Shown here: in pieces, positions 43,227-55,262 of the stretch
Numbering within the stretch: the first letter of the stretch is position 1
Layout: each line of letters opens with the position of its first letter
From: Rickettsiales bacterium
Lineage (GTDB): Bacteria > Pseudomonadota > Alphaproteobacteria > Rickettsiales > UBA998
Reading direction: 5' to 3'
Assembly (NCBI GenBank): GCA_965248995.1
Contig: CBDFKY010000006.1
Coordinates: forward strand, 430,610-494,609
DNA length: 64,000 nucleotides
Position numbers and translations under genes: made by a program
Notes under the pieces: model-generated
Databases searched by the model: none
The model's input: the letters and a program-made list of their open reading frames with translations, nothing else
What the model was told of the DNA's origin: nothing

Positions 43227-45368
43227 ATGGCGAAAGCAAAAACGATCGACGGCACCGAACCCGTGACAGAACAGGTCACGAAAAAAGATACGAAAAAACC
43301 TGATACATCCCCGCAAGAAGAAACAAAGCAAACCGCTCCGGCATCAGCCAGGGATTCGGCCAAGCGGGAGATGGAGATCGTCAAGACCCTGATCGATCTC
43401 GGCAAGGCGAAAGGCTATATCACCTACACCGAACTGAACGACATACTGCCGGCGGCGGAATTCACACCCGACAAGATCGACGGGGTGATCCGGGCGCTGG
43501 GGCAGGTGAAGATCCGGGTGCTGGAAGAAAACGAGGTGGACGGCGCCAAGAAGAAAAGCATTCATCTTCAGGATGACGAGCTGCTGGAGGATGAGGTGGA
43601 CGTGGAGCCGCTGGATCCGGAAGCGGCCGAAGAAGCGGCGGCGGTGGTAGATAACGCCGGACGTTCGGACGATCCCGTGCGGATGTACCTGCGCGAGATG
43701 GGGAACGTGGAACTGCTGTCCCGCGAAGGGGAGATCGAGATCGCCAAGCGGATCGAGCATGGCCGCGAGATGCTGATCGGCGCGCTGTGCGAAAATCCGG
43801 TGGTCATGCACCATATGCTTAAATGGCGCGACGAATTGAGCGGCGGCACGATGCTGCTGAGAGAAATCATCGACCTGGATGCCAGCTACGGCGCCGCCGA
43901 AGTGGAAGTCGAAGGGGAAGAAGCTAGCCCTATGCCGGATATGGCGTTGCCGCTGGGTGTCAAACTGCCCGTCGCGCCCGCCGTACCTGAGACGCCCGCC
44001 GCTATCCCGAATGCCGAGACCAAGGAAGCCGGAGAGGAAAGCGATGAAGAAGCGCTGCTGCTTGAAGAAGAGGAAGTAGAGGAGGAGGATGACGAAGCGC
44101 CCGTTTCCCTCATCGCGATGGAAAACGCCATTCTTCCTTTAATGCTGCAGACGCTGGACGAATTTGCGCTTATCAGTAAAAAAATGCGTACCCACCACGA
44201 GAAACGTCTGGATATGGCGTTCGGGGAAGGGGAGATCACGGTAGCCGATAAAAAGAATTACGAGAAACACAAGACGGAACTGGTCAAACTGGTGATGACC
44301 ATCAAGCTGAACAATAACTGTATCGAAGACCTGACCACGAAGCTGTATGCGATCAACCGCCGCCTGTTCGACCTGGAAGCGGATGTCCTGAAACTGGCGG
44401 AGAAAAGCAAGGTTAGCCGCAAGGAATTCCTGAAGCATTATCCCGGAAATGAGATGGATGCCGGCTGGATGGATACGGTGGCGAAACTGCGGACCAAGGG
44501 CTGGAAAGAATTCGTGGCGGATTACCGGGGCGACGTGGCGAAAATCCGTGATCAGATTTTCGGCATCGGGCGGGAAGTGGGCGTCGATGTCACCGAATTC
44601 AAGCGGATGGTGGCGGACGTGCAGAAGGGTGAGCGCACTACCAACCGCGCCAAGAAGGAGATGATCGAGGCGAATTTGCGTCTGGTGATCTCCATCGCCA
44701 AGAAATACACGAACCGTGGCCTTCAGTTTCTCGACCTGATCCAGGAAGGTAATATCGGCCTGATGAAAGCCGTGGACAAGTTCGAATACCGCCGCGGCTA
44801 TAAATTCTCGACTTATGCCACGTGGTGGATCCGTCAGGCGATTACCCGCTCCATCGCGGATCAGGCGCGCACCATCCGTATTCCCGTGCATATGATCGAG
44901 ACGATCAACAAGATCGTGCGCACCTCGCGCCAGATGCTGCACGAGATCGGACGGGAGCCGACGCCGGAAGAGCTGGCGGAACGGCTGGTCATGCCGCTCG
45001 ATAAAGTGCGCAAAGTCATGAAGATTGCCAAGGAACCGGTCAGTCTGGAGACGCCGATCGGTGACGAGGAGGACTCACAGCTCGGCGATTTCATCGAGGA
45101 CAAAAACGCGATCCTGCCGCTGGACGCGGCGATGCATTCCAACTTGCGGGAAGTGACGACGCGTATTCTCTCCACCCTGACGCCTCGGGAAGAGCGGGTG
45201 CTGCGGATGCGTTTCGGCATCGGCATGAATACGGATCATACGCTGGAGGAAGTCGGCCAGCAGTTTTCGGTCACGCGCGAACGTATCCGCCAGATCGAGG
45301 CGAAGGCGCTGCGTAAGCTCAAACATCCGAGCCGTTCGCGCAAAATGCGCAGCTTCCTGGAACATTAG
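43227..45368 (+). CDS. rpoD: RNA polymerase primary sigma factor (sigma-70)
   Basis: 713 aa. Regions 2-4: [67 protein letters not shown]. It also has an acidic non-conserved region. Confidence 0.95.
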   Translation: MAKAKTIDGTEPVTEQVTKKDTKKPDTSPQEETKQTAPASARDSAKREMEIVKTLIDLGKAKGYITYTELNDILPAAEFTPDKIDGVIRALGQVKIRVLEENEVDGAKKKSIHLQDDELLEDEVDVEPLDPEAAEEAAAVVDNAGRSDDPVRMYLREMGNVELLSREGEIEIAKRIEHGREMLIGALCENPVVMHHMLKWRDELSGGTMLLREIIDLDASYGAAEVEVEGEEASPMPDMALPLGVKLPVAPAVPETPAAIPNAETKEAGEESDEEALLLEEEEVEEEDDEAPVSLIAMENAILPLMLQTLDEFALISKKMRTHHEKRLDMAFGEGEITVADKKNYEKHKTELVKLVMTIKLNNNCIEDLTTKLYAINRRLFDLEADVLKLAEKSKVSRKEFLKHYPGNEMDAGWMDTVAKLRTKGWKEFVADYRGDVAKIRDQIFGIGREVGVDVTEFKRMVADVQKGERTTNRAKKEMIEANLRLVISIAKKYTNRGLQFLDLIQEGNIGLMKAVDKFEYRRGYKFSTYATWWIRQAITRSIADQARTIRIPVHMIETINKIVRTSRQMLHEIGREPTPEELAERLVMPLDKVRKVMKIAKEPVSLETPIGDEEDSQLGDFIEDKNAILPLDAAMHSNLREVTTRILSTLTPREERVLRMRFGIGMNTDHTLEEVGQQFSVTRERIRQIEAKALRKLKHPSRSRKMRSFLEH

Positions 45369-45370
45369 GC

Positions 45371-47939
<2,569 letters not shown>

Positions 47940-48374
47940 TCAGTCCGCCTTCGGTGCTTCGGCTGCTTTGGCCGGGGCAGGGACATCTTTGGTCCCGGTG
48001 GGTGCAGGTGCTGCCCCGGGAGTGGGTGATATCGCCTTTTCAGCGGGAACCACGGGAGGAGCCGTATTTTTATCTCCGCCATCTTTGGGGGGCTGAACGG
48101 TTTTCGGTTGTTCGGCCACCACCTGATCCACCAGGGAGGACGCGCCGCTCCGTGCGGTGATGACGCCCAGCAATAAACTGTTGCTCATGAAAATAAATGC
48201 GAGAACGGCAGTGGTGCGCGTCATCAGGTTCGCCTGTCCACGGCTGGAAAGCAGTCCGCCGCCGCCACTGGCGCCGCCGAGCCCCATTCCGTCGCTGTCC
48301 GAGCGCTGCAGCAGCACGCTGCCGATCAGCAACAGCGCCACGATGATCTGCAACACCAACAATACCAGTTCCAT
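47940..48374 (-). CDS. secG: Preprotein translocase subunit SecG (with a long Pro/Ala-rich tail)
   Basis: N-terminal SecG pattern LLVLQIIVALLLIGSVLLQRS and a second TM. Synteny with pyrG and tpiA. Confidence 0.85.
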   Translation of the reverse strand: MELVLLVLQIIVALLLIGSVLLQRSDSDGMGLGGASGGGGLLSSRGQANLMTRTTAVLAFIFMSNSLLLGVITARSGASSLVDQVVAEQPKTVQPPKDGGDKNTAPPVVPAEKAISPTPGAAPAPTGTKDVPAPAKAAEAPKAD

Positions 48375-48394
48375 AAGCCCTTACCTTATCCTTG

Positions 48395-49147
48395 TCATTC
48401 CTTTCTGTGGCTTGTAGCAGCCTTCATGATTCCTGTCCACTGCCCAGCGTCGATACTCGCGGCGCCGACCAGTACGCCGTTGATCGACGGAACGGCGAAA
48501 ATATCCGCGCAGTTTTCCGCCCTGACAGACCCGCCATAGAGCACCGAAGGGGCGGCGATTCCGTGTGATTCCAGATGGTGATGCATGGATTCCGTCACCT
48601 CGAAGATATCGGCAGGGGTCGGGGTCAGACCGGAACCGATGGCCCAGATCGGTTCGTACGCGACGATCAGGCTGTGCATTTTTCCTACGTATCGGAGCAC
48701 CGCGGCCAGCTGGTCATGCAGCAGCGGAAGATAACGCCCGGTAGCCCGCTGCGCATGGCTCTCTCCGACGCAGATGATGGGGATCAGCCGGGAAGCCAGG
48801 GCAGTCGCCACTTTTTCGGCGACCAGCTCGTCATTCTCCAGGAACTGCAGGCGACGCTCGGAATGGCCGAGGATCACGTAATCGCATCCCGCCTCCTTCA
48901 GCATGGAAGCGCTCACTTCGCCGGTATAGGCGCCGCTTTCCAGATGGTGGCAGTCCTGAGCGCCGATTTTGATTCCGCTGCGCCTGGTAAGGGAGGAAGC
49001 TTCGCCGATCCAGGGAAAAGGGGGGCATTGGATAACGGTATGATACTCCGCCACCCCCAGTCGCCCCATTTCCTGCATCACGGATGACAGGTGAGAGGCG
49101 ACAAATGCACGGTTGCCTTCCATTTTCCAGTTTCCGACAAGATACAT
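48395..49147 (-). CDS. tpiA: Triosephosphate isomerase
   Basis: Starts at M16 (MYLVGNWKMEGN). Motifs: ILGHSERR, AYEPIWAIGSG. Confidence 0.9.
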   Translation of the reverse strand: MYLVGNWKMEGNRAFVASHLSSVMQEMGRLGVAEYHTVIQCPPFPWIGEASSLTRRSGIKIGAQDCHHLESGAYTGEVSASMLKEAGCDYVILGHSERRLQFLENDELVAEKVATALASRLIPIICVGESHAQRATGRYLPLLHDQLAAVLRYVGKMHSLIVAYEPIWAIGSGLTPTPADIFEVTESMHHHLESHGIAAPSVLYGGSVRAENCADIFAVPSINGVLVGAASIDAGQWTGIMKAATSHRKE

Positions 49148-49234
49148 GCTAGGACTATAGCCAGCCCGCCTTGAAAATGGAACAGGTTTCATAGTGTGGA
49201 TGTTTCATGGTGCGGATTCAGGTGCGGCCCAAAC

Positions 49235-49364
49235 TATAGTCGTTTCACTTGAAAATGTCCCATTTTACAAGTGATAAAAACGACTATAACTATATGATAT
49301 ATAGTGCTTTTATCAATTCTTTTAATGCTCACAAAGTGAGTCATTAAAAAATTGAAGCACTATA
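49235..49364. repeat. TATAG-bounded double-hairpin repeat, diverged copy
   Basis: Hairpin 1 is TATAGTCGTTTCACTTGAAAATG-TCC-CATTTTACAAGTGATAAAAACGACTATA. Hairpin 2 is TATAGTGCTT...AAGCACTATA. It shares termini and the ATAAAAAC box with 15872/58625, while the interiors differ but remain self-complementary. Confidence 0.7.
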
Positions 49365-49370
49365 TCTGTA

Positions 49371-49404
49371 AAAAAAAGGCGGCATCCTGAAAATGCCGCC
49401 TTTT
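49371..49404 (-). terminator. Rho-independent terminator downstream of rpsP (bidirectional shape)
   Basis: AAAAAAA-GGCGGCAT-CCTGAAA-ATGCCGCC-TTTT. On the minus strand the stem is followed by a U-run of about 7 nt. Confidence 0.7.
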
Positions 49405-49428
49405 CCATGTATCTTCCAATCAGTCCGT

Positions 49429-49818
49429 TTACGCTGCGGACTCTTCCGCCGGTGCGTTCGCGGCGGCTTCCGCTTCGGCTCTCGCCTTATCTTCCGCGTC
49501 CTTGCGAGCCTGAGCGCGGGGAGGGAGTTTTCCGACTTTCGGCTTCGCCGTATATTTCGGCGCTTCCGTCCACAGACCGTCGGCACGCAGCTTACGGGCG
49601 ACGCTTTCGGTCGGCAATGCGCCGACGCCCAGCCAGTAGCGTACGCGCTCCGCATCGTAAGTGAAGCGGTTTTCGCCGTCTTTGGCGATCAACGGATTAT
49701 AGACCCCTAGTTTTTCAATAAACGCGCCGTCACGCGGGGCGCGGACATCCGCTACCACCAGCCGGTAAAAAGGGCGCTTCTTGGAACCGCCGCGCGCTAA
49801 TCTTAAATGTACTGCCAT
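49429..49818 (-). CDS. rpsP: 30S ribosomal protein S16 (with a basic/Ala-rich C-terminal extension)
   Basis: [24 protein letters not shown].... Confidence 0.95.
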   Translation of the reverse strand: MAVHLRLARGGSKKRPFYRLVVADVRAPRDGAFIEKLGVYNPLIAKDGENRFTYDAERVRYWLGVGALPTESVARKLRADGLWTEAPKYTAKPKVGKLPPRAQARKDAEDKARAEAEAAANAPAEESAA

Positions 49819-49905
49819 ATCTCACTCTGTCCAAATGCTGTAAAAGAGACCCTATAAAGCAGAGTCGCCGACAAAAATCCACTTATTTTTAAACCGTACG
49901 ACTAT

Positions 49906-50708
49906 TTATTCTGAGCTTACAGGAGGTGCAGGTTTCTTCGTGGCCGCGATGGCGGAAGCCGTTTTCGGTTTGGCGCCCGCTTTCTTCTTGCGTTTCAGCG
50001 TGACCATGGAAGCGAAATACCCTGCGGGCGGTTCCGTCGCCTGGCCGGCTTCCGTTTTTTCCGGCTTGTTACCCGCCGGTACGCTGATCTTGCCTTCGAA
50101 ATCGTTTTTTCTTGTATTCGAACGTGAAGCCGCCCTTTTCCTTATGGGCGACGATGGTGATGATATATTTCTGGGCCGGTTCCTTCGTATCTTCCTTGCG
50201 GTCGAAAATCATCAGCAGCAGTTTATTGTCGCCGGGGAATGGTCGTTTCTGGATATTCGATATGCAGTGCGTCGAATTCCGCCTGTATCGCTTCCAGCGT
50301 GGTATAATGCTTGCCTTTTTTCACCGAACGGAGAATCGGATGCCCCCAGTTCGGCAGGCGTGATTTTTTCCGTGTCCGGCGCGGGTGGTACTTCAACTCC
50401 GTATCCAGCTTGACGCAGGCAAGCGTATAGATCCCCGTATCCATACGTTCCGGCGTGATGAACGCATAATGTCCTAAAAAACCTTCTTCCGTTTCTTCCG
50501 GTGTCACCGCGAAGTCACGGATCCACATGACGAGCACTTCCTTTTCTTTCGGGACATCCGCCGTCGCTTCCTGACGGGCGATGGTGAAGGATTTACGGAA
50601 ATACTCCATCTTCTGCTTGGCGATGCCTTCATGTTCGAAGCGGTAGCGTCCCGTCACCAGGGCGTTGACATGGGGGTTGGCGACGTTGGCGTAATGTTGT
50701 TCACTCAC
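49906..50708 (-). pseudogene. Unknown conserved-looking gene interrupted by at least two frameshifts
   Basis: The 161-aa ORF (50223-50708) continues in another frame as ...RPFPGDNKLLLMIFDRKEDTKEPAQKYIITIVAHKEKGGFTFEYKK. After the A6 run (coding strand; T6 at 50105-50110) it continues as NDFEGKISVPAGNKPEK...KRKKKAGAKPKTASAIAATKKPAPPVSSE, ending at the stop at 49906-49908. Confidence 0.45.
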
Positions 50709-51074
50709 GGCAGGACTCCTAAGAAGATAGTTGTCGATGGATAATAATAGAATAAAAGACTAGTGTTTTATAATAAAGCTAAAAGTTGAGCTTAGGATGC
50801 AGGGAAAGAATAAAAAAATTATTAACATATTTTCATCAAAATTGCGGTTTCCTGTCTCATTAAGTTTTTTTGAAAAACGGTAGTGTGGGGCGCTTTTACG
50901 TTTCCTTAAGCGCAGTCCTTTACTCTAAGCGAATCCTGCCTTTCAAAAAACCCGGCAAGTCAAGAATATTTAATTTTAATTAACCAAATATTTTACTTAC
51001 GGTTTGCTTTAAAATATTGTAGAATACTTGGATAATACTTTATTAACATTTTAATAAAAATTTTAGGAAATAGT

Positions 51075-51383
51075 ATGGCAGGCACAGGAAGGCTTCAATC
51101 CGATCCGTTATTCCAGGGTCTGGCGCGTCCGGTAATGATCGCCGGCGTCAGCTATATGTATTTCGTGCTGAACGCGCTGATGACGATGATCGTGTTCATC
51201 CACTCCAAGGATTTCTTCATGCTGCTGATCATCGGCCCGGCCATCCACGGCGTGGGTTACCTGATCTGTATGAAAGAGCCCAGAGCGGTGGAGCTGCTTA
51301 TGCTGCGCGGAAAATACGGATACCTCAACTGGAACAATATGCTCGGCTACCATTTCGGCACGAATTCGTACGATGTTTTTTAA
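51075..51383 (+). CDS. virB3: T4SS protein VirB3
   Basis: 102 aa with the pattern DPLFQGLARPVMIAGVSYMYFVLN and two TMs. It lies directly upstream of virB4. Confidence 0.85.
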   Translation: MAGTGRLQSDPLFQGLARPVMIAGVSYMYFVLNALMTMIVFIHSKDFFMLLIIGPAIHGVGYLICMKEPRAVELLMLRGKYGYLNWNNMLGYHFGTNSYDVF

Positions 51384-51425
51384 CCGGCGCTGATACAACC
51401 ATCACTTACAGGGAAATAACCACCT

Positions 51426-53834
51426 ATGTTGCAAACATCACGCAGGGACGTATCCAACGCGGATCAGGCGGAACGTGAAGTTTCCGCTTCCAAGTTCATC
51501 CCGTATCTCTACCACTACGACAAGGAAACGATCCTGCTGGAAGACATGTCCATGATGCAGGTGGTGTTCATGAGCGGCTTTTCGTTCGAAACCGCCGATG
51601 ACATCGACGTGGACATGAAGAAGATGGTCCGTAATTCCTTGCTCAAAAGCATGGGTGACGGGAATTACTCCATGTGGTTCCATATCATCCGCCACCGCCA
51701 GTCCGCTTATCCGGGCGGCACGCCGCCGGAAGGCTATGCCCGCCATATTGACGACAACTGGAAGAAGAAGCACCATTCCAAGGATCTCTACGTCAACGAA
51801 CTGTATCTTTCGATCATCCGTCAGGAAGATACGGAAGGCGCGGCGAAGGTGGGGACGTACTGGAACAAGCTGGAAGGCGGGGCGGACAAGAAGCGCCGCT
51901 ACCTCAAGATGCAGGAATCCCACAAGGATCTGAAGGAAACGGTGTACCGTATCCTGGCAACGTTCAAGGATTACGGCGCAGAGGTACTCACCGTCAAGGA
52001 AACCGACTACGGCGCCATCTCCGAACCGCTCAGTTTCTTAGGGAGGCTGGTCAACGGCGGCCATTACCAGGACATGCTGGTGCCGACGATGGAAATCGGC
52101 CAGTATCTGCCGACACACCGGCTGTATTTCGGCAATCGGGCTATCGAGATCCGTGGCCGGGACAAGAAGCAATATGCGGGGATGGTCAGCGTCAAGGAAT
52201 ATGCGCCCGCGACAGCCGCCGGGATGCTGGACGCGTTCCTGCAGCTCAAGATGGAATTCATCATCTCGCAGTCGTTCCAGTTCCATAACCGCCAGACGAA
52301 CATCGGCCAGATGCAGATCCGCCAGAACCGGATGGTGGCGTCGGAGGATAAAGCGATTACGCAGGTGGCGGAAATCAGTGACGCGCTGGACATGGCCATG
52401 TCGGGCCACGTGGCGTTCGGCTCGCATCATCTCACCATCCTGTGCGTGGAAGACGATTTGAAGCATCTGGAAAAATCCGTTTCCATGGCAGTGGCGGAAC
52501 TGGTGAACCTCGGCATCAACCCGGTGAGGGAACGGTTGATCCTGGAGCAATGTTACTGGGCACAGCTGCCCGGCAACGGGGAGTTCGTCGGCAGGCTCGC
52601 CGATATCCATACGCTGAACGTGGCGGGTTTCGCCTCCATGCATAATTATCCGGTGGGCAAAATCAGCGGCAATCACTGGGGGCCGGCAGTCACTATTTTC
52701 AATACCACGTCGGGAACGCCGTATTATTTCAATTTCCACCTGCGGGACGTAGGGCACACCACCATCATCGGGCCGACGGGGGTGGGTAAGACGGTACTGA
52801 TGAACTTCCTGGTGGCGCAGGCGCAGAAGTTCAACTGCCGCACCTTCCTGTTCGATAAGGACCGCGGTGCCGAGATTTTCGTGCGCGCCCTCAAAGGCCA
52901 TTACACGGTGATCGAGCCGGGCGAGCGCTGCAGTTTCAATCCGCTGCAGCTGCCCGACACGATGGAAAACCGCACGTTCCTGGCGGAGTGGGTCAAAACG
53001 CTCATCAGCGTCCATGACGAACCCGTCACCGCGATCGACAGCGCCAAGATCGCCGAAGCCATCAACGGCTGCTTCAAGCTGGATCAGCGTGACAGGCTGC
53101 TGCGCAACATCGCCCCTTTCCTTGGGCTGGAAGGACCGGGAACCATCTCTTCGCGGCTGAAACAATGGCACTCCGGCGGGCCTTATGCCGGGCTGTTCGA
53201 TAACCCGGAAGACGTCATCAATTTTAAAAAAGGCAGTCTGTTCGGGTTCGAGATGGGTGAGGTGCTGAGCAACAAGGTGAGCCTCGTGCCGGTACTGACC
53301 TATCTTTTCCACCGGATCCACCTGTCGCTGGACGGTACGCCGACCATGATCGTCCTCGACGAGGCATGGGCGCTGGTGGACAACAAGCATTTCCGGGTCA
53401 AGATCAAGGACTGGCTGAAGACGCTGCGGAAACTCAACGGCATGGTGGTGTTCGCCACCCAGTCGGTGGAAGATGCGACGAACAGCGACATCAGCGATAC
53501 GCTGATCCAGCAGACGGCGACGCAGATTTTCCTGCCCAACCCCAAGGCGACGGAAACCTATAAAAAAGCCTTCATGATCTCCGACCGCGAATTCAGCCTG
53601 CTTAAGACGACCGATCCCGGCTCGCGCTATTTCCTGCTCAAGCAGGGAAAAGACGTGGTGGTGGCGCGGATCGACCTGGCGGGGATGGAAGACATTGTCA
53701 ACGTTCTCTCCGGGCGCGCCGAGACGGTGTCCGTCCTTGACGAAATCCGCGCCCGCGTCGGGGACGACCCTAAAGACTGGATGGAACCGTTTCAGCAGAA
53801 ACTGCTGGAGCGTCAGCAGGAGAAAGAAAAATGA
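51426..53834 (+). CDS. virB4: T4SS ATPase VirB4 (paralog I, canonical motifs)
   Basis: 802 aa with Walker A GPTGVGKT, Walker B MIVLDEAW and VFATQSVEDA. Confidence 0.95.
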   Translation: MLQTSRRDVSNADQAEREVSASKFIPYLYHYDKETILLEDMSMMQVVFMSGFSFETADDIDVDMKKMVRNSLLKSMGDGNYSMWFHIIRHRQSAYPGGTPPEGYARHIDDNWKKKHHSKDLYVNELYLSIIRQEDTEGAAKVGTYWNKLEGGADKKRRYLKMQESHKDLKETVYRILATFKDYGAEVLTVKETDYGAISEPLSFLGRLVNGGHYQDMLVPTMEIGQYLPTHRLYFGNRAIEIRGRDKKQYAGMVSVKEYAPATAAGMLDAFLQLKMEFIISQSFQFHNRQTNIGQMQIRQNRMVASEDKAITQVAEISDALDMAMSGHVAFGSHHLTILCVEDDLKHLEKSVSMAVAELVNLGINPVRERLILEQCYWAQLPGNGEFVGRLADIHTLNVAGFASMHNYPVGKISGNHWGPAVTIFNTTSGTPYYFNFHLRDVGHTTIIGPTGVGKTVLMNFLVAQAQKFNCRTFLFDKDRGAEIFVRALKGHYTVIEPGERCSFNPLQLPDTMENRTFLAEWVKTLISVHDEPVTAIDSAKIAEAINGCFKLDQRDRLLRNIAPFLGLEGPGTISSRLKQWHSGGPYAGLFDNPEDVINFKKGSLFGFEMGEVLSNKVSLVPVLTYLFHRIHLSLDGTPTMIVLDEAWALVDNKHFRVKIKDWLKTLRKLNGMVVFATQSVEDATNSDISDTLIQQTATQIFLPNPKATETYKKAFMISDREFSLLKTTDPGSRYFLLKQGKDVVVARIDLAGMEDIVNVLSGRAETVSVLDEIRARVGDDPKDWMEPFQQKLLERQQEKEK

Positions 53835-55258
53835 CCTCGTTTTATTCACATAATCTACTGCGGATGTTCGGGCTGGCGGCGTTCATGCTGTTTATCGGCG
53901 GCGCCGCGGTCGATGCATCCGCCAACCCCCTGCAACAGGCGGCCGGCGGCATCGATGCGTATTGTCCGGCGGACGGCACGCTGTTCGCGCGGATCATCAC
54001 CTGCCTGGAGAGCACGATCATCCAGTCGGGGGATTATTTCATCGAACAGTTCTACCCCGCCATACGCGACACGGTCTTCATCGCGCTGATCCTGGCGGCG
54101 GCGCTGTTCGGCTCCATGATGGCGGTCGGCGCCGTGGAACGGGTGGAGCAGGAAACCGTGACCTTTCTTCTCAAGCTGGGTGGGGTGGTCTATTTCATTA
54201 CCGAGGTGGAGAATATCTATAACAGCTTCGTCAGTATCCTGATCGGCACCCTCAACAGTATCTCCAACGCCGCGATTTACAACGGCCAGCTCCATTGCCC
54301 GGCCACGGCAGGGAACGCGGCGACCACCACGCCGATGTGGCACCGCGCGGATTGCATCTTCGACATGGTGGTGGGTCTTTCCGCCCAGGCGGCCAATGGT
54401 GGCGCCGGCGGCGCGGAAGACGGGCTGGCGCGTGGAATGATGGCTTTTTTCTATTATAACCTTCAGTCGGGCGCGCTCGGTATTCTCGTAGGCCTGGTCG
54501 GACTGTATATCTGCTTCAACCTGATGATGGCATTGCTCAAAGCATCCTACACCTACGTCATCGCACTGATCACCCTGACGTTCCTGTTTATCCTCGGCGC
54601 GATTTTCATGCCGCTGATCATGTTCAGTTACGGATATTCGTTTTTCGAGCGCTGGGTCAAAATGGCGATCGCCATGATCCTGCAGCCGCTGATCCTGTTC
54701 GCCTATCTCAACGTGTTGTTCGTGGCGTTCGACGTCATGCTGTGGAGCGGTGACAATTCCCTGATGAACACCGTCAGCGGCGGTCAGGCCAACAGCGGAA
54801 ACTTCAACCTGCATCAATATGCGCAGGATAGCGGGCTTTACAAGGAAAAGGGTGGGGAGAACGGTATCATCCTCGATATGGACCGCTCCAAGTTCGACCA
54901 GCAGGATCCGGGAGCCAATGAAGGGACGCTCGGGAACGTGGTCCTGACCGATGACCATCTGAATAAAAGAGACCCTTCGCAATTGCCTATCCACCTGAAA
55001 TACCAGACCATCGACTACACCAAAATCAATGGCGGCGTGGCGGCGCTGGCGGGAGCTACCCTGTTGGTCGGGCTTTCCTCCTACATCCTGCTGCAGTTCA
55101 TGGATGAGATTCCGACGCTGGCGCAGGAGCTCGGCGGGGGAGTCGCCACCACTCCGGGAGCTGCCGGTGGGCCGGAAATGCCATTAGCCAGTCAGGTCTC
55201 GCAGCTGGGGGACGGGCTGAACAAACAACTTGGATCAATGCTCGGAAGGCGGGGATAG
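53831..55258 (+). CDS. virB6: VirB6/TrbL-like polytopic T4SS membrane protein, paralog a
   Basis: 475 aa with a signal sequence and at least 5 TM segments. The position and the tandem paralogy follow virB4. ATGA overlap with virB4. Confidence 0.8.
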   Translation: MTSFYSHNLLRMFGLAAFMLFIGGAAVDASANPLQQAAGGIDAYCPADGTLFARIITCLESTIIQSGDYFIEQFYPAIRDTVFIALILAAALFGSMMAVGAVERVEQETVTFLLKLGGVVYFITEVENIYNSFVSILIGTLNSISNAAIYNGQLHCPATAGNAATTTPMWHRADCIFDMVVGLSAQAANGGAGGAEDGLARGMMAFFYYNLQSGALGILVGLVGLYICFNLMMALLKASYTYVIALITLTFLFILGAIFMPLIMFSYGYSFFERWVKMAIAMILQPLILFAYLNVLFVAFDVMLWSGDNSLMNTVSGGQANSGNFNLHQYAQDSGLYKEKGGENGIILDMDRSKFDQQDPGANEGTLGNVVLTDDHLNKRDPSQLPIHLKYQTIDYTKINGGVAALAGATLLVGLSSYILLQFMDEIPTLAQELGGGVATTPGAAGGPEMPLASQVSQLGDGLNKQLGSMLGRRG

Positions 55259-55262
55259 GCAT

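Noticed and set aside
50900-50975. Short shared strings between the virB3 upstream region and the ribF upstream region at 61186-61210 (CGCAGTCCT, CAAGTCAAGAA), plus a partly similar string in the IR element (GCGCTTCGAGTCTCGCAAATCAA at about 22309).
   Set aside because: The matches are only 9-11 nt with gaps. This could be chance or a very degraded repeat, and I cannot support a motif without a genome-wide count.
52038-53849. Very long antisense ORFs opposite real genes: 603 aa opposite virB4; also 4129-5205 opposite flbD, 25247-26680 opposite the CFA-synthase-like gene, 53855-54994 opposite virB6a, 23251-24147, 17317-18057 and 1810-2487.
   Set aside because: The sense strands carry unambiguous family motifs. 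The antisense translations are Arg/His/Pro/Gly-rich low-complexity sequence, typical of open frames opposite GC-rich genes. No evidence supports overlapping genes.
54331-54350. Sigma-54 promoter candidates (TGGCAC hits at about 54331, about 28181 and about 39541), searched because FlbD is present.
   Set aside because: All hits are inside coding regions and lack the GG-N10-GC spacing (the TTGC element is displaced or absent). No credible -24/-12 promoter was found in the window.
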